Below the pieces are notes generated by a model. It did no database searches, had not been told where the DNA came from, and saw only the letters and a list, made by a program, of their open reading frames with translations. Positions 12,182 through 25,423 of a stretch of DNA of 64,000 bases are shown here, in pieces. Position numbers and translations under genes: made by a program. Every line of letters starts with the position of its first letter. Positions within the stretch are counted from its first letter, which is position 1. This stretch comes from Octopus sinensis. Its lineage: Eukaryota. The stretch is from NCBI RefSeq assembly GCF_006345805.1, contig NC_042998.1, positions 15,128,001-15,192,000 on the forward strand, written 5' to 3'.

Positions 12182-12279
12182 GTTGCTGCTGTTGCTACTT
12201 TTGCTGCTGCTGCTACTATCACTACTACTACCACCACCACTACTACTACTGTTGCTGCTGTTGCTACTACCACTACCAA

Positions 12280-12360
<81 letters not shown>

Positions 12361-12362
12361 AG
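12076..12362. repeat. (ACT)n/(GCT)n compound trinucleotide repeat
   Basis: Direct inspection; poly-Leu ORF is an artefact. Confidence 0.95.
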
Positions 12363-13538
12363 CAAGAATTTGTATTTATAAATACAAGAATTTGTATTTA
12401 TTGGTCAGAAGAGCGCTGTATGTGGAGACAGTCCAAAGATGACATACCAAAAAAATTAAAAAAATAAAAATCAGAAAATAAGCAGTGAGGAGAATTCTAC
12501 ATCGTGTAAAAGAGTTCTGAAATGAACAATATTTCAGAGATTTATTATTGCTTTCAGACAGTTTTTCGAATTCAGTGACGAAAGTTACTGGAAAAACTAT
12601 AAATAAGTATTTGCAAACAGGTCTCCCTTCATCGAAAACCGGTGATTGCCCCGTACGTCGAAGACAGGCAAATACCTAGAAACTGCAGTCCGTGCGTATC
12701 ACTTAGGTTTACGAGAGAGGGATGACCTCCCTTTGCAAATACCATAAGGCACAGAAAGTGTGCCTAAAGCCAGCTGGCTACAAGCTACAGTAACACCCAC
12801 CCTTAGTGGTTAGCCATATTGAGATGGCTAGTATATTTTACGTTGTCGTGCAGTTACTGTTTACATCTCGTTCAGAGATTTATTATAATAATAAAGATAT
12901 ATTCATATATAAATAACAACAAGTAGCAATAGCTATAAATAAAGAACAACAAATTTGGCTATAAGAAAGGATCCCCAAATGGAGATCAACCTCTAAACAC
13001 ACAAATATAGATTACTCCTACAGCACTAAAAGAAAGTACTGTTCAAAGTCTCCCTTGACCTCAAGTAGCCTGAACTCTTTACATGAACACCACCCTGTAC
13101 ATAACTCCATGTCCCCCTACATGGCCTTGCTTTTTGCTTTTTGAGCCAAAAAATTATCTAACTAACTAACTAAATTGCGTGCCGCTGCCCCACATCTACG
13201 TAGAGTAGGTTTGTTTAGATGCGTCATTCCAGTGTTTCACACCAACCTCTCTTTATATCTGAAGGGGAAGAGCACGTTCCTATTCTTATACACCTTCCTC
13301 TTTCAGTGTCCGACGTAGACACTGAAAGACACTTAAACACGGTAATTAAACAAAACTGAAACTCACAAAAATAGTGATATAATTTAAAAAAAATAATAAT
13401 AATAAAGCAACGCGAACAATACTTTAAAAATAATATACAAAACACACAGTTAAGATACGCTCACAAGTGCTTACAAGTAATGCAATTAAACCACGCAATA
13501 AAAATAAGACTTCTGAAATGATGATAATAATAATATTA

Positions 13539-13576
<38 letters not shown>

Positions 13577-13580
13577 AATA

Positions 13581-13621
<41 letters not shown>

Positions 13622-13622
<1 letters not shown>

Positions 13623-14160
13623 CAGGCAGTGGCTCTCATGGCTTCTGAACTTAACTGATTGGAAGTGTTATCATGTACATTGTTTTGTCTTGGTATAAAA
13701 GATGGGCTACAGCAAATATTCTGCTCGATACCACAGATTTGCTTGTCAGTTGTTTGACCTTAACCAGTTGAGCATGTCCCTTAGTGGCTGACGATATGTG
13801 CATCTCTGATCACGAGCAGAAGTAGTGAGGGAGCATCATAGTCATGTGTTGAGAGGGATTCTTTGGGGTTTGAATAATTCACTTCTGGAAATATGGGTGT
13901 TTCGTTCAACATCCTTAAACAACCCTTATTCTGGAACCTTTTGAGCGGGATGGGTTACTCAACCAGAAGAAAATTCTAACTGGGCCCCACCTGCAATGTC
14001 ATGTGCTGTTTATTTTGATATGATATCACCATGTTGCGCACATATGGTTGTGATGCATGTGCCTGGTGTGCCCTTATCAGACGGGTAGTCATGATGGGTA
14101 TACTGGGCTTCGTATATTTTACCCCAGTGTCACTTTGATGGCATGCACTGCTCTCACTCA
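13622..14160. mobile_element. ~540-bp non-coding interspersed repeat embedded in (AAT)n
   Basis: Second copy at 55881-56397; both copies are flanked by (AAT)n on each side. Confidence 0.75.
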
Positions 14161-14226
14161 ATAATAATAATAATAATATCAATAATAATAATAATCTTTT
14201 CATGTACTTCATCTTATGTTTGTTTG

Positions 14227-14525
14227 AAGGCGCGTAGCTTAGTGTATTAGGCTCAGGATCGTAAGCTCGCGAGTTCGATTCTCAGTGGCGCGCTGTCTCC
14301 TTGAGCAAGATAGTCTATTTCAGGTTGCTCCAGCCGAACCAGCTGGCAAAATATGAGTTGCACCTGTATTTCAAAGTGCCAACCTTGTCACATTTGTGTG
14401 TCATGCTTATTCTTTTTAAGAGTGACTGGGTCTCTGTACTGTGCTCAGATACGTGCGCATTAATTTCACAAGCAGCCTGTTCCGTTGATCGTCTCAACTG
14501 GAACACACGTCGTCATAACCGACGG
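14227..14525 (+). mobile_element. Older F3-related SINE
   Basis: tRNA-like head GGCGCGTAGCTTAGTG...GAGTTCGATTC; 3' domain TATTTCAAAG..CCTTGTCAC...ATAACCGACGGA; homologues at 36484-36805 and 59768-60060. Confidence 0.7.
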
Positions 14526-14540
14526 AAAGAGGGACCACTT

Positions 14541-16140
14541 TTGTTTATTCATCTCGTTGAAGTTTTGCTTCACTTACTGCTGCAAACAATTTTTCAGTGC
14601 TTTCGCTAACATGGTGATTGAAACTCCTTACTAGCATGTTTCCACAATCCTTCACAGAGATCAATCCCCTTCCTCCATTTTTACATTTCATGTATAGTCT
14701 GTTCACCTTCGCCCTTTTCTGAAAAGATTAGTGCATTGTCATTATTTTCCGAGTTTCTGTTTTTGATGGTCTTTAATTCGAGAAATTCCAGTTACTTATA
14801 ATTTTGATTTCTAAGATTTCAAAACCTGATTATTTTGAAATGTAAGTCCTTGACTCTTATTTACCTGCCTCCTCTCCAGAATCAATAAGGCACATTTATT
14901 GATACCAAATTCCATGCCCATGCCATTTTCCCCCAACGCTTTAAATCAACCGTGTATAGTAGTTGGTTAACCAGTCAAACCCCATTTCCCAAATCATATC
15001 CTCCTTTAGAATCTCTGAAAAACCATCAGCAAAAACAAATCTGGTGAGAGACCCACTCACGCTGAAATATTCCTGTTGATTTTTTTCCCTGTACCCAACG
15101 ACTTTTCTGTAGCTGTTTAATTCTGTTTTCGAAGCTGTCATACTTATTTCCAATAATCTTTGTACATTCTTTGACACTCTAAATATCTCCATTCATTTCC
15201 TTATTCAGTAGTGAGGCTCCATATCCTAAGTCTTTTTCTGATCTATCCATTCTATACTGAGTCCCACAAATTTTTTTTACAGTTCCTTAGTACAATCTTG
15301 TCTATTAACACCTAATCTTTTGTCCCCCTTGGCCTCTGCTCAGCTGGTAATAAACTTTTATCATCGAAAAAAATTGTTCAGTTTGTCAGCAATTACTCCT
15401 ATTAACAATCACCACATGATTCGTAAAACTGTTATCGGTCGATAGGTTTGACTCTTCATTAATATTTGACACATACTTAAAGACTAATATTGTTTTTTCC
15501 TAAGTTATCCACAGTGGAACAACAACCCCATTCAGAAGTTCTTGAAATTGGCTTGGAATTCTCAGATGGCACGTCGTAAATATTTTAATCCAATATCTCT
15601 GTAATCCATCGGGACCTGATGACTTGTAATCTTTTCATTTTTCATATACATTTCTCCATTACTGTTTGTGATATTGGGATGTTTCCTTGTCTGTTTCTAT
15701 CTCTAATCTTTTCTTCAACTTTTTTCATCCAATCAGCGTCATCATTATGCACAAGCGGTTCAACTCAGTGCTCACTCTTAAATCGCACCTGCTCTTCTCT
15801 AATCAGTATGACATCATTGTGTTGAATCTCTTTCTCTAAACTATAGAAAATTTATTTCTAATTCATCTAGAACATCCTGTTTTCTACGTCCGTCATACCT
15901 TACTAGTTTTCCTGATCTTACAGTTATTCTTTGCCTGACGTCTTCAATACCAACTTTAATTCCTTTTCTGCATACTTGGTATTCTCCGACTGATTTTCTC
16001 TTCCTAAACATCGGCATTTCATTGCTTCTCCAACTTTCTAACCTGCTCACATCTATTCACAATTCTGCAACCTTCTCAACTATTTCTTACTCCACCATCA
16101 TTCTTCTTTGTATTCCCTTGTCTGATTGTTTTTCTTCCAG
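14541..16140 (-). mobile_element. Degenerate Dong/R4-type LINE, RT-containing segment (inverted relative to its 3' part)
   Basis: Minus-strand motifs: GPDGLQRYW (~15600), YRPITVL (~15435), GMEFGINKCAL (~14900), VNRLYMKCKNGGRGLISVKDC (~14670); many stops and frameshifts. Confidence 0.8.
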
Positions 16141-16870
16141 TGTGTTTAGCAATATGGAAAAGCATTAACAACTTTAATCTATGAAGAATACTGAGACAGA
16201 TAAAGACGAAAACACTTCGAATTGGTTGAGAAAAGGAATTCACAAAAAAGAGAGAGAAGTATTAATTATAGCAGCTCAGGATCAAACCTTTTGGACAAAT
16301 AATACAAAAAGTTGGGCAGGAGTCAGTGAGTCGCCATTGTGCAGGTTGTGTGATGAACGAGAACAAACAGTGACCTACGTAGTAAGGGAATGTTCCAAAC
16401 TCGCACAAAAATGATACCAATCTTGGGGGCATGAGAATGTTGCAAAGATCATTCCCTGGGAAATATATAAGAAGTATGGGCTTTCGACGGGACACAAGTG
16501 GTGTGAACATGCACCTGAAAAGTGACTGAGAATAATTATGCTAAACTTCTTCAGGATTTTCCTGTCCAAATGGGTCATATTCTAGAGTACAACGGACCAG
16601 ATATCTTGGTGTTTGAGAAGAGGAAACAGACTTGCTACATTATTGATGTAGCCTGTCCATTTGATACAAGAATAAAAAGAAAAAAAATCAACAAGATGGA
16701 TATATTAGGACCTGAAGCGAGTGGTAAGCAGGTTTTGGGGTTGTATAAAAAGTGATGTCGAACACAAGAAGTGGGCAGAAAAGATTGGCCTGCAGAAGTG
16801 AATAAAATGCATGTTTGATAGGGACGTCGGAGATTATTTGAAAGTTCTTGCACGGTTGATGTCACGATGG
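16141..16870 (+). mobile_element. Degenerate Dong/R4-type LINE 3' segment (zinc knuckle + REL endonuclease)
   Basis: WLRKG..EREVLIIAAQDQ, CRLC..EQTVTYVVREC, PDILVFEKRKQTCYIIDVACPFD. Confidence 0.85.
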
Positions 16871-17029
16871 TATCTTGTTATGAAATTTCATCATAAAGGT
16901 TAAATGCTGCAGGAGTGGACTTTGCCTTTCATTCTTTCAGGGTCAATCAAATAAATACCAGGTGAATACTAAGGTTGATGTAACCGATTTATCCCCTTCC
17001 CTGAAATTGCTGGCCTTGTGCCAAAATTC

Positions 17030-17087
<58 letters not shown>

Positions 17088-17094
17088 AATAATA

Positions 17095-18085
17095 TTGTTG
17101 CAAAGAAGGTGAAAATGATGGCAACGAAAAAAGCGCACGGGCAATAGGTGGGAGGAGAAACCTCTGCACGGCAAATATGTGACCCGCAGCAAACAAGCTG
17201 ATGTTGACCAGAAGCAAACCCATCAGTGGCTACGGAGCTCAGGGCTAAAAACAGAGAGCGAAGGTTTCATCCTGGCTGCTCAAGATCAAAGCCTATTAAC
17301 CCGGAACTACCAGGCCAATGTGATGAAAAATGGAGCAGATCCAAAATGCCGATTCTGCAACGACATGATTGAAACAGTGGACCACCTAATCTCTGGATGT
17401 AAAGTCTTAGCACCAGTGGAGTATAAATTAAGACATGACAGAGTTGGCCAATATCTCCACTGGCTAATAAGTCGGCATTACAATATCAAAACTGCCGACA
17501 AGTGGTATAATCACCACCCTGAGGCTGTAACTGAAGGAGAAAATGTAACCATTCTGTGGGACTTTCCAGTACATACAGACCGAACCATCAAGGCCAATAA
17601 ACCAGATATTGTTGTGAAAGACCAAAACAATAAAGTTTGCTTATTGATCGACATGAGCATCCCCTGTGATCATAATATCTCAGCGAAAGAGTTTGGCAAG
17701 CTCAGAAAATATAAAGACCTACTCATTGAAATTGAGAAAATGTGGCATCTCAAGGCGGTTCCAATACCAGTGATCGTAGGAGCACTAGGAATGATCAAGA
17801 AGGGAACCGAAAATTATATGAGAATGATCCCTGGCTTACTATCCCTGCAAGAAGTGCAAAAGATTGTCTTAACTGGTACATCACACGTATTGAGAAGAGC
17901 ATTGTCGATGTGAGAACTGTTGCTGCTCATGTATTTTAATTTAACTTAACAAAAAAAAAAAAAATGAACGAACTATTGAGTTTGGTTTAATGGCCTACCA
18001 ATGTATACTATGAGTTTCTTTGCCCTAGGAGTCGGGAAGACACTCGGCAAGAAATGGAAGCAAATTTGAAAGAAGAAAAAAAAGT
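17095..18085 (+). mobile_element. 5'-truncated Dong/R4-type LINE; open 244-aa C-terminal ORF at 17179-17913 plus 3' UTR
   Basis: AAQDQ; CRFC..ETVDHLISGC CCHC knuckle; RHD; PDIVV..LIDMSIP..K..KY REL motif; flanked by (AAT)n on both sides. Confidence 0.92.
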
Positions 18086-18119
18086 AATAATAATAATAAT
18101 AGTAATAATAATAATAATA

Positions 18120-18537
18120 TTTTTAATTTTTAATTGCAGCACAAGAAGAAAAAAAATGTTTTCTAATTGATGTATCAATACCAGCGGATGACAACGTGTC
18201 TCTAAAAGAAATGGAGAAATTATCAAAATACAAAGACCTGGAAATAGAGGTAACCAGAATGTGGAATCTAAAAACAGAAACAATTCCTATCATAAAAGGT
18301 GCATTAGGCATGATAAAAAAAATATTCAGACAAATACATAACAAAAACACCAGGACTTACAAACTCATATAACATACAGAAAATTGCACTACTAGGCACT
18401 GCACACATCCTACGCAGAACACTTTCCATACAATAACCATCAGAGCATCACAACAAATCACAGCACATACCCAAGGCACACAGAGCTGCGCTCGGTAGTG
18501 GAGTGAAAGCACGCTATAAAAAATAAAACTACTGAAT
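18120..18537 (+). mobile_element. Short 3' fragment of a second Dong/R4 family
   Basis: FLIDVSIPADDNVSLKEMEKLSKYKDLEIE; near-identical to 62795-63190; (AAT)n on both sides. Confidence 0.9.
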
Positions 18538-18556
18538 AATAATAATAATAATAATA

Positions 18557-18611
<55 letters not shown>

Positions 18612-19119
18612 CTACTGAATGATTTATTATTTTGATTCCTCGTGGAATGAAATATACACAAGGCTGTTTTATTAAACACAACAATAGTTAATAACTACAA
18701 TTGAAAATACTGAAGCAGGTATTCCAAACTCGAGCATTAGTGAAATGTATGTGATTTGTTGCTCAGCATTGGTGAACACCGCCAGAGAGAAATTTATTAA
18801 TAATCTGAAAGAAAGAAGAGAAATAAAACCGAGAACAACAGGAGCAACAACCATAATAACAGTAATAATGGTTTCTTGCAGAGACGCAAGGCAACGGATT
18901 TGTAGGTGAAAAGCATTATCGACTTAATAGGGCACTAATACTTAACTGGTACATGTTTTATCAAAGGTTGGATCGATTCATTTCCCGTATAAGCACAGGC
19001 TCACAAATTGATATTGAAAAGATATAGTCGATTGAATCGATCTTCATATATGCCTGCAACTAAATAAAGTAAATATATTGACCTCGGAAAGATAAAAGGC
19101 AAAGTCAAATCTGAAAATA

Positions 19120-19174
19120 ATAATAGCGATGACGACGATAATAATGATGATGATGATGATAATAATGGTGGTGG

Positions 19175-19243
<69 letters not shown>

Positions 19244-19356
19244 TAGTAATAATAATAATAATAATAATAATGGTAATAATAATAATAATGATGATGATGA
19301 TGTTGATGATGATGATGATGATGATGATGTTGATGACAATAATAAAAATAATGATG

Positions 19357-19389
<33 letters not shown>

Positions 19390-19654
19390 GCAACAGCAAC
19401 AATAAGTATTATTGTCATAATTGTTTATTATTGAAGCAATAGTAGTAGTAGTAGTAGTAGTAGTATTGGTGGTGGTCGTGGTGGTGGTTCTTCTTCTTCT
19501 TGCTGTTGTCATATCATTTTGTTCTGGTGGTTGTTACTAATGTTACTCCGTCACGTAGAATAAAGTCAATAGCAGGTGATGTTACCGAATATTTTATTGG
19601 AAATTCTGCAGTTACTGACCGGCAAAGAAATCGAACAATAATAACAATAATAAC

Positions 19655-19742
<88 letters not shown>

Positions 19743-19770
19743 TAATAATAATAATAACAACAATAATAAC

Positions 19771-19849
<79 letters not shown>

Positions 19850-20081
19850 CAATAATAATAATAACAATAATAATAATAATAATAACAATAATAATAATAA
19901 TAACAAAAATAATAGTAATAATAATAATAATAACAATAATAATAATAATAATCATAATAATAATAATAATAATAATAACAACAATAATAATGATAATAAT
20001 AATAACAATAATAATAACAATAATAATAATAATAGCAACAAGAGCAAATACCAGAAACCTAACTACCATTACAACAGCAAC

Positions 20082-20112
<31 letters not shown>

Positions 20113-20130
20113 GCAACAACAAAGAAACTA
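19120..20130. repeat. ~1-kb compound (AAT)/(GAT)/(AAC)/(AGT) microsatellite
   Basis: Direct inspection; poly-Ile/Leu/Tyr ORFs are artefacts. Confidence 0.95.
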
Positions 20131-20569
20131 TAACAGCATCGATTCATAGTTTTGATCAATGGTAGAAATGTCAAATAAATTGATTATTTGAACTTTAGTG
20201 GAGGAAAGCAATTGGATTCTGGGCAGAAATCCATGTCAAATCATTTACCCATCGTTTGTTTTATATTTTTACTACGATTGCAGAATGAGGAATTGATTCT
20301 ATTCCCCCCCCCCCCTTGTATAGTAGCTGCGTAGCTGCATTGAAATTTTTTGTTTTTTCATTCGCTTTTATGATATCCTTTATTTATTTTTCTGTTTCTG
20401 TTTGTTTATTTTGTTTTTGTTTGTTTTGTTTGTTTTGCTTTTTCATCTTTTTTGGGTCTATTTTGATTACTTCTGACTGATTATAATTGCTCTAACGTCA
20501 TTAAATAAACTATCTTAGCTCCAGCAGCATCCTTTCCATAACCGTTCTCCAACCAGCCTAGGTATTCTT

Positions 20570-20849
20570 TCATTCATTCATTCGTTCGTTCGTTCGGTCA
20601 TTCATTCATTCAGGCACATACACATCGATTCATTCATTCATTCATCTATTCATCCCACTTACAAAACCAGACATTCAGCCACTCAACTAACCAACCAACC
20701 GACCAACCAACGGACGGACAGACGGACGGACCAACCGACCGACCGACTGACCAACCGACTGAACGGCTGACCGAACAACTGACCAGAAGATAAAATGGCC
20801 GACAGTCAAAAAGCCTATTAAGCTAGCTATCCCATCTATCTATCTATCT

Positions 20850-20924
<75 letters not shown>

Positions 20925-21000
20925 ATCTATCTATCTATCTATGTGTCTATCTATCTATTTACCTACATCCATCCATCCATACATACATACCTATCTAACA
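20570..21000. repeat. Compound tetranucleotide ladder (CATT/CGTT/CGAC/CTAT/CCAT/ACAT)
   Basis: Direct inspection. Confidence 0.9.
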
Positions 21001-21394
21001 ACCAATGTAGCTGCGTGTCTATCTATCTGTTTGTCTGTGCAGAATGGAACAAATGGGCGCAGTCGCTTTGGTGCCGTTATTTTCATCATGGCCTATTTCT
21101 GATTGACGGCTTGTGCTGAAGGCAGGCACACACCTACATACATGTGCTCGTACAAACAAGATACAGAAATATAGATAGATAGATAGCGACAGAGAGAGAG
21201 GGGGGAGATAAAAGAAAGAAAAAGCGAGAGAGAGAGAGAGGGAGGGAAATGTTAAAACGTTTTGAAAGGGAAAAATATATTCAAAGAATGAAGTTAACTC
21301 CCTTCGCATGATACACACACCTACGCGCACACACATACACGCATACACGCACGCATACACACACACGCACACACACACACCACACACACACACA

Positions 21395-21434
<40 letters not shown>

Positions 21435-21436
21435 TC

Positions 21437-21540
21437 AGGGTTGGCCAAAAGTCACTAGACAGTAAATCAAAATTCCATAAATATTAAAATATCCAATTTT
21501 ATTTATTCATTCCAATTATGAATGTTTAATAATTGAATGT
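21437..21540. mobile_element. Possible Tc1/mariner MITE end
   Basis: CAGGGTTGGCCAAAAGTCAC immediately after a TA run; no partner TIR found. Confidence 0.3.
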
Positions 21541-21587
21541 TGTGAGTTAGAATAACCTTTTTCTGTTTTCAACATTTGTTTACTTAT

Positions 21588-22540
21588 TCTTTTCTACTCT
21601 AGGCACAAGGCCTGAAATTTCTGGGGACGGTGCCTGTCGATTAGATCGACCCCAGTACGCAACTGCTATTTAATTTATCGACCCCCGAAAGGATGAAAGG
21701 CAAAGTCGACTTCGGCGGAATTTGAACTCAGAACGTAGTGGCAGACGAAATACCTATTTATTTCTTTGCTACCCACAAGGTGCTCAACACAGAGAGGACA
21801 AACAAGGACAGACAAACGGATTAAGTCGATTATATCGACCCAAGTGCGTAACTGGTACTTATTTAATTGACTCCGAAAGGATGAAAGGCAAAGTCGACCT
21901 CAGCGGAATTTGAACTCCGAGCGTAACCGCAAACGAAATACCTATTTCTTTATTACCCACAAGGGGCTAAACACAGAGGGGCCAAACAAGGACAGACATA
22001 GGTATTAAATCGATTACATCGTCCCCAGTGCGTAACTGGTACTTAATTTATCGACCCTGAAAGGATGAAAAGCAAAGTCGACCTCGGCGGAATTTGAACT
22101 CAAACGTAACGCAGACGAAATACCTATTTCTTTATTACCTACAAGGGGCTAAACACAGAGGGGACAAACAAGGACAGACATAGGTATTATGTCGATTACA
22201 TCGACCCCAGTGCGTAACTGGTTCTTATTTAATCGACCCTGAAATGATGAAAGGCTAAGTCGACCTCGGCGGAATTTGAACTCAGAACGTAGCGGCAGAC
22301 GAAATACCTATTTCTTTACTACCCACAAGGGGCTAAACACAGACGAGACAAACAAGGACAGACTAACGGATAAAGTCGATTATATCGATCTCAGTGCGTA
22401 ACTAGTACTTATTTAATCGACCCCGAAAGGATGAAAGGCAAAGTCGACCTCAGTGGAATTTGAACTCAGAACGTAGCGGCAGACGAAATACTGCTAAGCA
22501 TTTCGCCCGGTGCGCTAACGATTCTGCCAGCTAACCGCCT
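21588..22540 (-). mobile_element. SINE F1 pentamer (one head, five B-box/core units, period ~184-190 bp)
   Basis: Junction GACGAAATACCTATTT at ~21744, ~21934, ~22114 and ~22298. Confidence 0.9.
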
Positions 22541-23019
22541 TAACATTTGTCTATTTATTACCAAAGTCTCATATAAAATAATTTTTTGTGTTCATCTTGG
22601 AATCAAATGGGCCTTGATTTACTGCCAGGTGACTTTTCCCCAAACCTGTATATTTACAAAGCAGATTATTAATAAGAGCAAAAGATTATTTTCAAATTTT
22701 TATAGTTATGAAGAGAAGAATTTCTCGCTTTGTAAAATGTTTAACTAATACGTCTCAAGGTGTATGGTGGCGAGCTGACAGAATAGCATTAGTATAAGGC
22801 TTATAAAAAAATAAGCACTTAAGTCGATTCATTCATCTAAAACATCTTTAAGCAATGTGCCAGCATGGCCGCAGTCTGATGGCTGAAACAAGTTAAAGAA
22901 AAAAAAAAAGAAATGTAGACTATGCATCTTTCTCTTTATTTTTCAGTTTCATATTCAAATTTTCAATTTCACCAAAGATAGATTTCAAATTCTGGCAGAA
23001 AGCCTTCAGTTTCGCAGGA

Positions 23020-23445
23020 GGGGGCCTAAGTTGATCCCATCGACCCTAGTGTTCAATTGGTACTTATTTGATACACCCTAAAATGATAAAAAAAAAAAAC
23101 ACAATCTACTTCGGAAGAATTTGAACTCAGAATGTAAAGATGGCCGAAATGCTGCTAAGTATCTTACCTGGGGTGCTAATGACTCTGACTGCTCGTTGCT
23201 GTGAATTCCGCTAATTATTGATTTAAAATTTTCGTACAAGGCTAGAAATATCACAGGAGAGTCTAGGCTTATTAAATTGATCCCCGTCTTCAACTGGTAT
23301 TTATTTTATCGAACCAAAATGATGAAAGGCAAAAAAAAAAAAAAAAATTGACCTCGGCGGAATTTGAACTCAGAATATAAAGACGGACAAAATGCTACTA
23401 ACCATTTTACACGGCGTGCTAACAATTCTACCAGCACGCCACCGA
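23020..23445 (-). mobile_element. Two older F1-related SINE copies
   Basis: CGGAATTTGAACTCAGAA B-box complement near 23115 and 23360. Confidence 0.7.
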
Positions 23446-23517
23446 CACTTCTGCAAAATGTTATGGAGAAATGTTTGTCTCTGAAGTAATAACTGCCCAC
23501 ACGCAGGGCAATAAGTA

Positions 23518-23658
23518 TTAGGTTGTCCCAAAAGTTCGTAAACACTTGCGAAAATTGAATTTTTACTCGCCAAGTACTAACAAAAACAACAAAAATTATT
23601 CCTCAAAATAAAGACCATTATTTTCCAAGACTTTTTACGAACTTCTGGGACAACCTTA
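23518..23658. mobile_element. Mariner-type MITE (141 bp)
   Basis: 25-bp TIRs TTAGGTTGTCCCAAAAGTTCGTAAA / TTTACGAACTTCTGGGACAACCTTA; TA on both sides. Confidence 0.85.
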
Positions 23659-23984
23659 TATTATTTATGATCATATAATTAAACACGTAGCTATATTAAG
23701 TTTTTCATTTAATGATTATGAACGTTTTTATTTTCCTTCCTTTTCGATATAGCGTTGCTTGCACCCCATCCATCTCTTAATTAATTTCCCCCCAGCCAGT
23801 ATTCCAATGGGAAGGGGATCGTGGGGATAGAGACCACAGATGCCTCCTTCATGGTGTCCTAAAAGAAGCGACCGCCTTTACACTTTCCAACTAGATCCGC
23901 CGTTAGTCAGGGCCAGTCTGGGGTTAAACACGAACTACACTAGCGTCTAAGACTTGCAGAGTTCAAATTCCGCTGAGGTTGACT

Positions 23985-24345
23985 TAACCTTTCATCCTTT
24001 CGGGGTCGATAAATTAAGTACCGTTTGCGTATTGGGGTCGACCTAATCGACTGCCCCCTCCACATCTTCTCAAAGATATCTATTTCTTTACTACCCACAA
24101 GGGGCTAAACATAGAGGGGACAAACAAGGACAGACATATGTATTAAGTCGATTACATCGACCCCAGTGCGTAACTGGTACTTATTTAATCGACCCCGAAA
24201 GGATGAAAGGCAAAGTCGACCCCGGCGGAATTTGAACTCAGAACGTAACGGCAGACGAAATACGGCTCCGCATTTCGCCCGGTGTGCTAACGTTTCTGCC
24301 CGCTCGTCACCTTAAAGACATCGAGCCTTGCGCCTTCAGTAGAAA
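23985..24345. mobile_element. Nested SINE F1 copies (minus copy inside a plus copy)
   Basis: Plus head/core 23985-24070; minus copy ~24080-24312; remaining plus tail2 to ~24345. Confidence 0.7.
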
Positions 24346-24917
24346 AGAATATATTCCCTGTTGTTTATTGACAACTTTACGAAAAGGCAAGTGAGCAAGT
24401 GACCTACAGGTAGTACTTATTAGCCAGGTTATAGAATTTTAGACGGAAACACTTGGTGTACAAAACAATATTAATATATTGAATATTTTTTAAAATCTGC
24501 ACGCACGATAGTATATTTCTATAGAACAATAAATACATACGTATAATACACCCCCCACACAAGAGTTTTATGATGTAATTCAAAATGTACGCAAAGTCCC
24601 TCAATGGAATGAAATTTGCAGTCTTTAGTAGTTTTCAAAGAAAACATAAGATAAAAATTTATGATATTTTTCATTTCATTGAAATATAATTTTAATGCTT
24701 AGGTGTAAAAAATTAATCTTCTTGTTTCGCTAAAAATTGCCGCTAGAACTTGATGTCTTTTTAAAAAAATTTGTTTTTATTTCCAGTGAAAAAGTAAATT
24801 TCAGTCGATCGATATATTGTATGTGTCATTTAGTACATTATCCATAACTACCTTCTTGAATGCTCTGAAATTATGTTATTGTTTCATTTTAAGTCATTTC
24901 CCTTAGATCACACTTTA

Positions 24918-25080
<163 letters not shown>

Positions 25081-25423
25081 GTATGTGTATATATGAATGT
25101 ATAAATGAACATATGTATATAAATACATACATACACACACATATGTATATATATATATATATACAGAGACACACACACGCCGAGGCCGACTTTGCCTTTC
25201 ATCCTTTTGGGAGTTGATAAAATAAGTACCATTCACGCACTGGGGTCAATGTAAATCGACTTAATCCCTTTGTCTGTCCTTGTTTGTCCCCTCTTTGTCT
25301 GTCCTTGTTTGCCCCTTGTGGGCAATAAAGAAATAAATATTTGCAATAGTGTATATAGCTTAAGTATATCGTCAGTAAAAATACAATGAATGGTTTGTGC
25401 CTCCTCTCTGTCTTTATTGAGTA

